A stretch of 64,000 nt of DNA from Octopus sinensis (GCF_006345805.1 NC_043013.1:28706001-28770000), one strand, 5' to 3'. Shown: positions 23,656 through 36,647, counted from the stretch's first letter. Made by a program: numbers and translations. The notes: generated by a model not told the origin, from the sequence alone.

Positions 23656-24071
23656 TATATATGTGCACATGCACACACACACACAAATATCATCGTCATC
23701 ATTCTTATTTAACATCCGCTTTCCATGCTGCCATGGGTTGGACAGTTTGACCAAGGACTAGCAAGCCAGAAGCTGCACCACGCTCCAGTCTGATCTGGCA
23801 AGGTTTCTACTGCTGGATGCCCTTTCTAACCTCATCCACTCTGAGAGTGTAGTGGGTGCTTTTTATGTGCCACTGGTATGAGGGCCAGTCAGGCGGTACT
23901 GGCATTGACCATGCTTGATTGCTGCTTTTTATGTTCCACCAGCATGGGAGCCTGTCAGGTGGTACTAGCAATGACCCACGCTTGAATGGTGCTTTTTATG
24001 TGCCACCGGCACAAGAGCCAGTCAGGCAGCCCTGGCAATGATCCATGCTCGGCACTGGCATAATTCGTTTT

Positions 24072-24256
24072 TGGAATGGTGAAACTTGAAGCAGATAAAG
24101 CTATGAATTCTCGCATGTAAATAATGGGTTAAAAAAAACTTTGGATAGAAAAACGTCAAGGGCTGCTCATAGAACAACCCAGTATTTACATGCTTTATCT
24201 GCTCATAGAACAACCCAGTATTCATAGCTTTATCTGCTTCAAGTTTCACCATTCCA
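24072..24256. mobile_element. 185-bp MITE-like element with perfect 37-bp inverted ends
   Basis: 24072-24108 is the exact reverse complement of 24220-24256; internal 24-bp direct repeat at 24163-24186 and 24199-24222. Confidence 0.85.
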
Positions 24257-24333
24257 TAAAAGAATCATTTCACATTCTCTTCAAGTTTATAAATCCCTAT
24301 GACTTCAGCAATATATAAATATATACACAAATA

Positions 24334-26250
24334 CCATGTTTCCCTGAAAATAAGACAAGGGTTATATTAATTTTCCCTCCAAAATGACACCCTAGGGCTT
24401 ATTTTCAGAGGAGTTCATATTTTTTTCATGCACCCAAAAATGACATTACGAAATAGAAAATTACGAAATTACAAAATAAACAGAAATTATGAAAAACAAT
24501 CTACATTTACTTGATTTACTACGACAGAAATGTATTAAACAGAAATTACGAAAAACAATAATACATTTCCGTGACGATTTACATGTTCTTTTACTTAGAA
24601 ACTCATAAACAACAATTTATACAAAAACAGTCATGTCATCGTCTTCAGGAATGTCATTGTTCTGCAAATCACCATATTCCAAAATTCCTGTGGAATATTC
24701 GTGTGACTCCATTTTCTTCAGAACTTTCACATCCCCGATCTCTCGATCTTTTGCAGGCTGGGTTTCACAAAATTTCCACACTGATTTCTCACCATTCTGT
24801 TTTCTATATAGTCATTAATTTCCATGCGTAAATGGTCCTTCCCTGGTTTATTTATTGCAATGTCGAGAGTCTGGAGATAGGCAGCCATTCCTGCAGGAAT
24901 TCTGATTTGATCTATTCTTCTTTCTGCATGGAAGTTCTTCATGCCTTTTGTGCAGTGTGTGCTGGCTGAATCCAGACTATCAGACCTCTTTGGCCTCCTC
25001 GCAAAATAAGTGGCAGCATGAAATTGATCCACTTCCTTAAAACTGCCTATGTGCACCTTGCCTTTTCAGTTTCCAAACACTGGTGCCTGAAATGTGTTCA
25101 GTTTTATCCTTCCTGCTTTTAGTGATGATTAGAGGTGGGGCTTTATTTCCATCGAGATGAATTGCCAAAATACATGTAACTCGTTCATTTTTGTAACCAG
25201 TGGAGGGAATGTAGATTGATGACACACCTCTTTGATCAATTGTTGATTGAGGTCCTTGGTCTATGAACGCTGCAGTTTCATCCCCAGCAATCATGTTGAA
25301 GAGATGGTATTTAGATTAGAAAAGTCTATCCTATCAACAAAGGACTTAAATGCAAGTGTACGTTTAATAATCTCGGTATCTTCCAGTTTGAACAGTGTTG
25401 CCGGCCTTCTCAGAGAAAGTTCATGTCGCTGAAGGAAACCCATCCAGCCAGTGTTGTGATGCTTTGAATTCTTCTGGAAATATACCAAACTGTGGTGCAT
25501 TTGCAGGGGAAAATGCTTGAATATCAGTTCTGCGAACAACCAAAGCCTTTGCTCTCCTATCAGAAACCCATTCATAGATGATGTGTTCCTGCTCAGAAAA
25601 TGGTGGTTGCTGACCTGATCCTCACTTGCTTTCTTTGCATTTCCCTCGTCCATTTGTTGACTGTGTTTATTGTAGCTTACTCTCCATTTTTGAACTATTC
25701 AGAGATCCAAATTCTTTTCTTTGCGTAAAACAGATTCCTCCACATTTCCTTTCTTGTACTCAATGGAATAACTCTTTCTTCTTGTATTCATCTTGTCTTG
25801 GGGTGAAAATGACCTGACAAATGATTTCCCATTCAATTTCTTCATGTTGTTTTCCAGGAGATATTTGCCTTCAAAGAAAATGTGTACTTCATTGTTTTTT
25901 GCATCAACTGACCAGTACTGACCACAGATGAAAATGTTAATGACACATTTGAAAGCTCTGAACATGGGTTATTGATTGGCATATAGCTTGTTAATAATAT
26001 CTGAGTTACATAAGAAACACCAGGATAGGTTTTGTGACGTCATTATTTTAAGCTGCCAAAAAGATATTTTGAACATTGTATACACCGCAACAAAGCAGTT
26101 GAATCAATATGAAGAGGTTGCTTATTTCCTCCATCTGTCTGCTGCTCTCAACTAGGGCTTATTTTAAGGGAGGGGCTTATATTAAAATCATTCTAAAAAA
26201 TCATGCTAGGTTTTATTTTCTGGTTAGGTCTTATTTTTGAGAAAACATGG
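24334..26250 (-). mobile_element. full-length pogo-superfamily (Passer-like, DD35D) DNA transposon, 1917 bp
   Basis: 23-bp TIRs CCATGTTTCCCTGAAAATAAGAC / CCATGTTTTCTCAAAAATAAGAC (19/23), TA on both sides, subterminal GGCTTATTTT repeats. Confidence 0.9.
24617..25791 (-). pseudogene. pogo/Passer transposase, frameshifted
   Basis: MNTRRKSYSIEYKK (Brinker-type DBD), WMGFLQRHELSLRR (CENP-B HTH end), AGDETA...TGYKNERVTCILA..LDGNKAPP, LDSASTH-x-LQTLDIAINKP with 35 residues between D2 and D3. Confidence 0.9.
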
Positions 26251-26284
<34 letters not shown>

Positions 26285-26347
26285 GTTGCCATGATAGATC
26301 ATTAGCCACTGCACACATTTTTTTCTCTCTTTGTTTTTTCTGTGTCC

Positions 26348-26383
26348 CTTTCTGTAGAAGAGCATAGGCTCGAAACATAAAAG
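26348..26383 (+). ncRNA. decayed minimal hammerhead-like motif
   Basis: CUUU-CUGUAGA-A-GAGC(AUAG)GCUC-GAAAC-AUA-AAAG; the host element ends CTCCC-(TA)n at ~26475. Confidence 0.55.
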
Positions 26384-26516
26384 ACTTATTCTGTTCCTGA
26401 GCGTTATACTAATACATCTGTTTGTTTTGTACACCACCTGTCTTCGTCTTTTGTTTTTTTCGTAAAGTCTCCCTATATATATACACACTCATGGATATCC
26501 TGTGTGTGTGTGTGTG

Positions 26517-26552
<36 letters not shown>

Positions 26553-26553
<1 letters not shown>

Positions 26554-26781
26554 GAAGGGGTGCTGAAAAGTTCCTGGCTTTGGGTGAGAATCATTTAATT
26601 ATAGTTAACAGGAGAATCAGTTAATTATAATCTTGTTCAACATATTCCCCTCTCAGATTCACACACTTATTGCAATGGTCCTTCAGTTTTTCTAAGCCCT
26701 GTAAAAGAACTCAGAAGGTCAGGCCTCCAACCAGGCCTTTCATGGTACCCTTAAAGCCAGCAACTTTTCAGCTCTCTGTCA
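26553..26781. mobile_element. mariner-derived MITE
   Basis: TA-CGAAGGGGTGCTGAAAAGTTCCTGGC ... GCCAGCAACTTTTCAGCTCTCTGTCA-TA, degenerate 26-bp TIRs. Confidence 0.7.
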
Positions 26782-28473
26782 TATACACACACACACACAC
26801 ACACACAGGGTGGTCACGGGTGGAATGCCTTTGATGCTAGCTCCACTCAATCAGAGCTGACCTGGAGTTAAACAAACCAACAATAACTCTCGGGGTTATC
26901 AATTGTGAAAGAACCAAAAAAAAAAACAAAAACAATCTAAAATCATTGATTTTAATATAACTTCCTCCTCTTACTCCCCCTCCTCCTCCTCCTCCTCCAA
27001 CTCACCCGTACCCTCACTGTCCATAAAAATCTATGATAAGATGGAGTGCGATATAAATAGCAGAGTGATGTTGAATAGGTTCGAGTTATCTCTTGAAATT
27101 AGTTTTGTTTTGTGGTTTTTGTTGTTTGCATTGTTTTTGCTTTTTTTCTCTTCTTTTCTTTTCGGTATTTTTGCTTCCATAAACAATGTTTCGTGTGTGT
27201 GTGTGTGTGTGTGTGGAGGTGTGTGTGTGTGTTAAAATGGTAGATAGAAATATTTGACAGCTTCTAGTAATAAATTATGTGTTCCTATGATGAGGTCATA
27301 AATTTTACCTACTTGATGTGTGCACATCTCTTTCTGTGGTTTATATCCTACCCCCCAACCCCCACCCCTTCCGATTCTCTTCCTCCTCCTTCTCCTCCTC
27401 ACCTCTTGCCACTTTATGTTTCTACATTCTTGGTCATTATCTAATGGCCAATGAACTGACCAAGTCGGATATGGCCATGGTATCGTACTGGACCAGACTT
27501 ACAAGCTCTGAGGTTTTGAGATCAAATCCATTTTAGGTATGTCTGGGAGGTCAGAGTCCTGGGTTTAACACAAAAAGAGAAAGTTATCCCCACAGACTTC
27601 TGTCTGTTTTTTGAAAAACTTCTCGCCTTTAATATCGCTGAGATGATTTCTTGGTAGTCTCCGTCTCTAGCGGGCAACGAGGAATCAAAACCACCATTGG
27701 CCTGCTGGTTAAACCTAGCACTCCATTTATTTATATATTTTAACTTGTTAAAAGACACAGGTATGGATATGTGGTTAAGAAGCTGGCTTATCAAGCAAGT
27801 GGTTGTGGGTTCAGTCCCACTGTATGGTACCTGGGACAAGTATCTTCTACAATAGCCCCAGACCAACCAAAGCATTGGAGGTGATAAGGGTTCCAGATGA
27901 TCAGATAATCAATGGAACAGCTGACTCATGAAATTAACATGCAAATGGTTGAGCAGTTCATAGACATGTGTCCCCTTAATGTATTCTGAGGGAGGATTCA
28001 GTATTACGCAGAAGGCTGGCCCTTTTAATTACAGGTACATCTCATTTTTGCCAGGTGAGTGGAGTGGAGCATCATAAAACAAAGTGTTTTGCTCAAGGAT
28101 GCAATGCCCCAGCAGAAATTGAACTCACGACTATATGACCATGAGCCAACCGCCCCAAATATTGGACCATGTACCCTTACAACCTGCTTGTAGTGTGACA
28201 AGTGGCATTGTGATAAGGCATCTCGAAGGCAGCGACCTGGCAGAATCGTTAGCACACTGGGCGAAATGCTTAACGGTATTTCGTCTGTTGCTACGTTCTC
28301 AGTTCAAATTGTACCGAGGTCGACTTTGCCTTTCACCCTTTCGAGGTCAATAAATTAAGTACCAGTCAAGTACTGGGGTTCGATGTGATTGATTGTCCCC
28401 ATCCCCACAGTAATTCCAGTCCTTCTACTTATAGTAGAAAGTATTATGATAAGGCATATGTGAGAGAGAGAGA

Positions 28474-28519
<46 letters not shown>

Positions 28520-28547
28520 TACATATATATATATATATCATCATCAT

Positions 28548-29125
28548 CATCATCGTTTAACGTCCGTTTTCCGCGCTAGCACGGGTTGGACGGTTCGACC
28601 GGGGTCTGGGAAGCCAGGGGCTGCTCCAGACTCCAGTCTGATCTGGCAGAGTTTCTACGGCTGGATGCCCTTCCTAACGCCAACCACTCCGCGAGTGTAA
28701 TGTGTGCTTTTTACGTGCCACCTGCACAGGTGCCAGGGGGGGTCCGGCACCGGTCACGATCGGTTGGAGCTTTTAACGTGCCAGCGGCACGGAAGCCAGC
28801 CAAGGCGGCGCTGGCAACGTTCGGATGGTCTTTTTATGTGCCACCGGCATAGGAGCCAATCGGGGCGGCGCTGGCATCGGCCACGTTCGGATGGTGCTTT
28901 TTATGTGCCACCGGCACAGGCATCACAACTACTATTTCCATTGATATTTATTTCAACGTTCATGTTCATGTACTTGACTCAACGGGTCTCCTCAAGCACA
29001 GCGGGACGTTCTGGGATCCGGGGTACTTTGAATGGGCAGGGGCTATGCGGAACTGATGCAGGAAGCAGCCCGGGTCTTTGCAGTCACAGCATATCTCCAG
29101 AGATCTCGGTCCTTCGCCATTGCCT
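28548..29125 (-). mobile_element. young RTE LINE 3' end with internal VNTR
   Basis: ORF2 end AMAKDRDLWRYAVTAKTR, then a CpG-rich UTR with repeated GTGCCACCGGCAC...GGATGG units and a (GAT)n tail. Confidence 0.8.
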
Positions 29126-29779
29126 ATATAATGTATATAATGGGCTTCATTCAATTTTTATCTATTATCTACCTAATCCACTTCCAATACTTCGGTTGGT
29201 CTGGGGCTAGTGTAGAAGATACTTGTTCCAGGTATAATACAGTGGGACCAAACCCAGAACCACATGCTTGGTAAGGCAGCTTCTTAACCACACATCCATA
29301 CCTGTGTCTTTTAACAAGTTAAAATAATAAAATAAATAAATAGCAATTGTGTTGGCTGCCTGCAGCTATTTCTCTAATTACCATTTCTAAAAATGTCCTC
29401 CTTTATCACTTTCCATATTTCCTCATCTGACTTACAAATCTTTCAGCTTGGATGGTCATTGTTGGTCTCAAATGAGACAGCCATATTTTAAAACTAAGCT
29501 AAAACAGTAAAGTCTGTGGCAGCAAGTCAGGTCCTGTGTCTGCTAAAAGTTCTTCAGATAATTCAAAGAATGGAATAAATTTTATGCGGTGAAAATATTT
29601 TAAGAATTCTTGCTCCTTGGAGTCTGTTCTACAAAATAATTTACTTATTGGCCAGTTGCTCTTTTATGTTATGGAAAGGAAACAACAAAAATACAAAAAA
29701 AAAAAAAAAATACAAAAAAAAAAGCTGACAATACAAATAAATGCATTTTATTTTATTCGGAATTGTAAAAGTGTTTCTG

Positions 29780-29783
29780 TCTG

Positions 29784-29835
<52 letters not shown>

Positions 29836-30129
29836 TTTCTTTCTCTCTTTCTTTCTTATCATTGTTGTAGCCATTGCCATCACTACCATTGTCACCACCA
29901 AAACCAGTGTAACCATCATCATCATCATCCTCACCACCACTACCACCACTACCACCACCACCACCACCACCACCACCACCACCACCACCATTCTGTTTAT
30001 TGCTTTTTCTGTTTTCTTTTTCTTTCTTTCTTGTCATTGTGGTTATCACCACCATCACACCACCACCACCACCACTACCACAACCACCACCACCACCACA
30101 ACCACCACAACCATCACCATCATCATCAG

Positions 30130-30170
<41 letters not shown>

Positions 30171-30372
30171 GCAGCACGGTTCTGCTTATTCCTTTTCTTT
30201 TTTTCTTATTCTTTCTTTTTCCTCCTTCCATCTTTTGTTTCCTTCTTTTCTCTTTTTTCACTTCTATTCCTCTTTCCTTCTTTCTCATTTCTCTGTCACT
30301 TTCCTCCTCCTTTTCTCTAATACCTATTTTGCTTCCCACTACCACTACCACTACCACCACCACCACCACCTT
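29780..30372. repeat. compound (TTTC)n/(CAC)n/(CAT)n/(CAG)n simple repeats
   Basis: Direct reading; explains the 303-aa and 230-aa low-complexity ORFs. Confidence 0.95.
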
Positions 30373-31877
30373 CAGTCTGTCACTCTACCTTTCTTCCTAT
30401 CCATCTTCCAACCTCTCAGTCTCATTCTTTTAATCTGTCACCATTACTCACAACATCGTCCAATAAAATATATGGAAAGCTTTTCTCCTAAGAAGAAGGT
30501 CACTTTACTAGAAAAGTGGGGACAATGATAAAAGCTGGATTGATACATCCATGAGATTTGCTTCACTGAGATGTCATTACCCAACAGATTAATATATTTA
30601 CAATAAATACTTGTTTTATTGATTTCTGTGCTTGTGTACACTAATCCTGCATCGAGCAAAGGACTCAACACTGGCGAAGAGTCAAAACAATATTTATTGT
30701 TAACGGGGCAGAGGAAGGTGGTGACCTGGCTGAATTGTAAGCACTCTGGCTAAAATGCTTAGTAGCATTTTTTTTGTCTTTAGATTCATCATCATCATCA
30801 TCATTATCATTATCATCTTCATCATCATCATCTTGTTGTTTAACGTCCGTTTTCCATGCTGGCATGGGTCGGATGGTTTGACTGGGCCTGGCAAGCTGGA
30901 GGTCTGCACCTGACACCAGTCTGATTTGGCATGGTTTTCTACAGCTGGATGCTCTTCCTAACGCCAATCACTCTCTGAGAGTGTAATGGTGGATGATTTT
31001 TACATGTCTCTGGCACAGGTGCCATTTGCATGACACCAGTATCTGCCACGACTGCAATTTTACTTGGCTTGGTGGGTCTTCTTCTCAAGCATAACATAAT
31101 GCCAATGTCTTGGTCAATGCCTCCATGAGGCCCAACACTTGAAAGGAGCTCACCCACTTTGCCTCTGTCTAGTTATGAATCTTACTTGGCACCCAAATGA
31201 TTTCAGGTTCCATCTCATTGTGTGGCACATTGGGCAAGTGTCTTCTATTATGGATTGCATATTATAGACAATTTCTAAAAGCTCTTGGCTTTGCAGTGTT
31301 TTACAGGCATGGCCAAGCTAGAGCTTCCGTCCAGCAACTGAACCTGTCTGATATACAGGAAGAGTAACAAAACCATCTGAGATACACTCATCCAGTGTCT
31401 GTGCATTTCAGATTTGTGTGTTCATGTCAAACTGCTGTCGATTGTACACAGGATGTGGCTCTGGCTATGAGCCAAGTTTACTGTGAAGACTGACTCATTG
31501 TGTTCCTTTGGATAAGAAGAGGGAAAAGCTTCCATGGTTGTTTGGTTGCTATGGTGAGATAAATTGTATGCTGGCTATGGTTGAACAGTTTGAGGGAAAG
31601 ACCATTTCCTCTCAGGAAGAGTTAGATACTTAAAAAAAATATGTGCTGCTGGATGAATACTATCTGTATATTCTGAGGTGTTTAGAGTTTGTTAGCATGG
31701 AAGATTTTTGCCTTATTGAGCATCTTCCAAGAAAACACTACCATTAAAGGAGCCTTTCTGTGTCCATTTAACTTGCTAGAACAATCAACCAAACCTCCCT
31801 CAAATCACAATCCTACTGTCTTTTATGAAAAAGGTAGGACAGATTAGGTAACCTCATCTTAGCTATGACATCTAAAT

Positions 31878-32883
31878 CAGTAGTTTTCAACTATTTTTTC
31901 TTTTTCATCTGTGGACCCCCTTGACTACTATTTTATCCTGGTGGACCCTGATAGCTATTCATTGTTTAAAATGCTAGTTTTATAGGTATTCCTTGCAAAA
32001 TTCCTATTTTGTTTTCCATGCATTCACTTGTGTAAGTTCGCAATAGCAATTTCTGTGAGGACATATTTTAACCCCTTCATTACCAACCTGACTGAAACCA
32101 CCTCTGGCTCTGAGTACAAATGTCTTGTTTTCATAAGTTTTAAATTGAAATCTTCCACCAAACCTTAGTCACAATTTATGTTCTTAACATTAGCTTAATG
32201 ATAACTAAGTTATTTTACTAAATTCTTTGTTATATTTGAAATTAATTGAAAGAAACAGAGCATCTCAAATAAATATGCTAATGGAGGGTTAAAATATATA
32301 ATAGAGAAATAATTCTTAACCCTTTCAATACCAACCTAGCTGAAACTGGCTCTGGCTCTGAGTACAAATATATTGTTTTCATAAGTTTTGAATTAAAATC
32401 TTCCACCAAACCTTAGTCACAATTTATGTTCCTAACACTAACTGAATGATAACTAAGTTATTTTTCCTAAATTCTTTGTTATATTTAACCCTTTCGTTAC
32501 CAACCCAGCTGAAACTGGCTCAGGCTCTGTAGTACAAATGTCTTGTTTTCATAAGTTTTGAATTAAAATCTTCCACCAAATCTTAGTCACAATTTATGTT
32601 CCTAACATTAGCTTAATGATAACTATGTTATTTTATTAAATTCTTTGTTTTAGTTAAAGTAATTGTAAGAAACACAGAGCATCTCAAAATAAATACAGTA
32701 ATGAAAGGGTTAATGGGTAGAACCCTAGCTGTTTCTTGTTATAAATATATCTAAGGCAAAAGCTTTTCTTGGACTCTTAAAATACCAATGTGGATCCCTA
32801 ATTTACTATTTTGCTTACATGGACTCCCAAAAATTCTATATGAACTTCAAGGGGTTATATGAATCCTGACTGAGAACCGTAAC
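31878..32883. mobile_element. probable hAT-type MITE hosting a piggyBac-MITE cluster
   Basis: Left end CAGTAGTTTTCAAC and degenerate right end CTGAGAACCG resemble CAGTGGTTCTCAAC-type TIRs; no clear TSD. Confidence 0.45.
32072..32709 (+). mobile_element. three adjacent piggyBac-like MITE copies
   Basis: TTAA-CCC...GGG-TTAA units at 32072-32288, 32320-32484 (truncated) and 32489-32709; a related fragment lies at ~62620-62800. Confidence 0.8.
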
Positions 32884-33178
32884 CAAAATAAAAGACAGGA
32901 TGGTCATGACTGGGATGTATTTATAATTACCTATTTCTAATGTGTTTTTATTATTGGTGGTGTTACCCCCTCCTTTTGATTCAATATAAATTGTCCCCCA
33001 CCGCTACTATTTCATGTTTGTTGTTTGCTTTTGTACTTTGTCTTTCCATTTTTTGTCTCATGGTATCCCGTGCCCTTGTGGCCAATAAAAAAAAATTAAT
33101 CTTTAAATTTATGACATTTTGTCTATGTCTATGTAATTATCATCATCATCATCATCATCATAATCATTATTATTATTA

Positions 33179-34197
33179 TTACCTCCGCTTTAGCGAAGGC
33201 AGATGTATTGTTTTCAGTTGTGTTTGTCTGTTTGTCCATGGACAAGATATCTCAAGAACCGCTGGATGAATTTGGATGAAACTTTTAGGGATGTTTGGCC
33301 TCGTGACTGGCATGAACTGATTAGATTTTGGGATCGATCCAGTACTGGGCAAGGATTCTGAATTATTTTTTGTTATATTTACTTTACTTTACATGAAGTA
33401 TTACAATCTTACGTTGACTTTCAAGTCTTTCTTTATGATTATCTCCCTTGAAAGCATGCTCATGGTTTCCCCATAAGCTATGGTGGCATTGCTGTTTCCA
33501 AAGTTTTGTTTTCGTTTCTCTATTATTAATTTTACTCACATCTCTATCTTCATAGAAATATAAACAAACGGCAGCAAAACTACAGAAATTAAATACCACT
33601 AACATATTCAGTAACAAAAATAAATTTGATTTATCCTTGACAATTTTTGGTTTTACCTATTTTGAATATATCATTCCTGTTCAAAACCTCTGACCTACTT
33701 GACAATTGCATTTCTAGCTCTACTTTGAAGGGAGCTTTACTTCTTGGACTCATATTTTTATGTGCAACGATGTTGTTAAACCTCTGTTAACAGCACCATA
33801 TGCAGGTCTTTCCGTTTTCTTTCATGCACGGATAAATTTTTCACTACAGACCCTAATAGTCATAAAGACACTATATCAGTGGACTAAAAAAGGCTTTCAT
33901 GGAGAAAACTGTCCCTGTTCTCACTGCAGATGACAAACACACAGCATTACAAACAAAGCCTGAACACCCACCTTCACATTCCATGACTACCATTGGGATC
34001 GATCAGGTGCTGGACAGGGATTCTGGATTATTTTTCCGGTTTTTTTACTTAATTTTTGAGAGCAGTCAGGTTCATTTTTGTTTGTGAGAGCAGTCGAATT
34101 TATTTCAGATATCCTCATTTTAAAAATGATCTCTAGCTAATCATTGAGAGGACGTTGGTGTTGCCTTGGCAGAGGTTTGTGCTCCCTGAGTGCTCTT
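33179..34197 (+). mobile_element. Helentron-associated (HINE/DINE-1-like) non-autonomous element
   Basis: 5' TT-ACCTCCGC hairpin with AAGGCAGATGT, 3' subterminal GGCAGAGGT plus GTGCTCCCTGAGTGC hairpin, then TT; inserted in a (TTA)n tract. Confidence 0.7.
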
Positions 34198-34227
34198 ATT
34201 ATTATTTTTTTATTATTATTATTATTA

Positions 34228-34263
<36 letters not shown>

Positions 34264-34269
34264 TACTAC

Positions 34270-34320
<51 letters not shown>

Positions 34321-34412
34321 AATAAATCATAATTGTTATTGTTATATTCATTTTCATCACCATCATCATAATCATCATTGTCATCACCACCACCACCACC
34401 ACCACCACCACC

Positions 34413-34457
<45 letters not shown>

Positions 34458-34460
34458 GTG
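34195..34460. repeat. (TAT)n/(CAC)n/(CAT)n compound microsatellite
   Basis: Direct reading; similar patchworks at 35275-35510, 36515-36695 and 38440-38950. Confidence 0.95.
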
Positions 34461-35755
34461 ATTCTGTTCCACTAGCACATTCTCCATTCTTCAGTGTTAA
34501 TTGCCTTGCTATAATCACCAGCCAATTGAGTTTGGTGTTGACAGAGGAATTAGGAAGTATTACAACTACTAATTCGGTTGAATCTCTCTTCCTTCCTTCC
34601 TTCCTTTCATCCTCTCCACCTTTCTTTTGGTTTCATTTTCTTTTTGCTGTTATTGCTTACTTGTTTGTTTGTTGCTGCTGCTACTGCTGTTTTTGTTGTT
34701 GTTGTTAGATTTGGAAATACCATTAGCCATTTTTATATTACAACCAAGTTCTTTTTACAAAGGTAATTCTTTTTTTAATGGCTTCAGTTAATGACAATTC
34801 CATTTCTTCAACCTAAATGCCTGACTTGTAGCTGATAATGACAAATTATCAATTACATCGTCGTAGAGTCGTGGCAGCTATTTAAAACACACAATATATT
34901 CCATTATATTCACTTTTGTATTCTGTTTTATTGAGTATCGAAGTCTTTCATCGTATGTGAATGACCTGGTCAATGACTCTATATTTCACTGTGGAATCAT
35001 TGCTGAGATGCAGAGGGGAGGAGAGTATGAGTGATCAGGTTGTAGATGTGTGACAAAAGACTTTCATACTTAATAGTGTATAATATACTATTGCAATACT
35101 ATATAATACTATATGATATATGACAATAATACTGTATAATAGTATGTGATATACTATTACCATATAAAGGTGTTTTGAATGGCTGCCATGATTCAATCAT
35201 GATGCAATTATTTCAAATTTCAATATGCGATAACGGATCAAATAGCTTCCCAAATGAATTGAAGCTTGAAAAGTATATCATCATCATCATCATTGTCATC
35301 ATCATCATCATTTTCATCATTGTCATCATCATCGTCGTCGTCATGATCATTGTCATCATCATCATCATGGTCGTCATCATTGTCGTCATTGTCATCGTCA
35401 TCACCATCATCATCATTGTCATTGTCATCATCATTGTTGTCGTCGTCTTCATCATTTTCATCATGATTATTGTTGTCATTGTTATTGCTGCTGTCATCGT
35501 CATCATCATGGCTTTTACATCTGCTTCTTTTCATCCTGGCATGGATTGGACAAGGGCCCTTGAGGCAGTATCCTACGGCAAGCTGCCCTTCCAAACGCTA
35601 ACCATTTCCTGATTTTAAGATAAGCAACTGTCTTTCTCTTTCTCTGTCTTCACATGTCAAACTACTGCTGAGTGTCTTCTTTCCATCCAGACATTAGGTC
35701 AGACGAGACCTTGTGCATCAGTATAACATGTATGTAAAATGATGTGGATGCTTTA

Positions 35756-35787
<32 letters not shown>

Positions 35788-36566
35788 AGTGTTTATTTAT
35801 GTGCAATAAAGTGGGATTACTTACACAAATCATGATTTTGTCAACGCAACTCTTTATCTGAACAGATTGGAAAGGGAAGAAATGGAATACTTGTAAGAAT
35901 TGTAAGTGGTGTCAATCTTCAGCTATTATTTGTCAGGCACCAGGAAAGTATTCTTCCCAATTAAGAATTTGGGTATAAGTCTGCTAGTTCAAATTAAGTT
36001 GCTTTACTTTTTTAAATGTTAAGATGTAGAGTTTCTCTGTAAGACATTGGTTGCAGCAGTTTTACTGATTCGTAAAAATCTGTGCTTGATCCATCATTAC
36101 TCATGAGATATAGGTTATCTCCCCTTTGCCTTCAGATTCCCAAAGATACTTTGAAAATGTTGTGGTATTTTCTCAATGGTAATAATAGAATGAACATTTG
36201 TACTGGTACGGGCAACTTTTGAAAGTGTGCTCTGGTAAAATTATTTTGTTGTTCAGGTTATATTTGCTGTTTAGGTAGTTTTGCAATACTGGTTTTTATT
36301 ATATATTTATGTTGCATGGTAGGTTATATCATATACCATTTCTCTTCCTAGAATTTTTTAATGTTTTTGATGACCTCCATAAAAAATACATGTCTGGCCA
36401 TGGGGAAATATTACCTTGCCTGGGTTGGCAACAGGCAGGGCACCTGACCATAGAAAAATATGCTTCAATATATTCCATCTGACTAATGCAAGCATGAAAA
36501 GGTGGAAGGTAAAATGATGATGATGATGATGATTTAGCAGCAGCAGTAGTCGTAGTAGTAGTATTT

Positions 36567-36647
<81 letters not shown>

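Noticed and set aside
27041-27100. TATAAATAG resembling a TATA box
   Set aside because: A common 9-mer in AT-rich DNA; no downstream exon or ORF support.
27522-27875. 117-aa minus-strand ORF over a CpG-containing island
   Set aside because: It starts inside a SINE and has no recognisable motif or splice signals.
29617-30528. 303-aa His/Gln-rich ORF, plus other long ORFs at 14172-14743, 34190-34708, 35175-35612, 53635-54186, 56948-57997 and 58241-58912
   Set aside because: They are translations of di-, tri- and tetranucleotide microsatellites that lack stop codons by construction.
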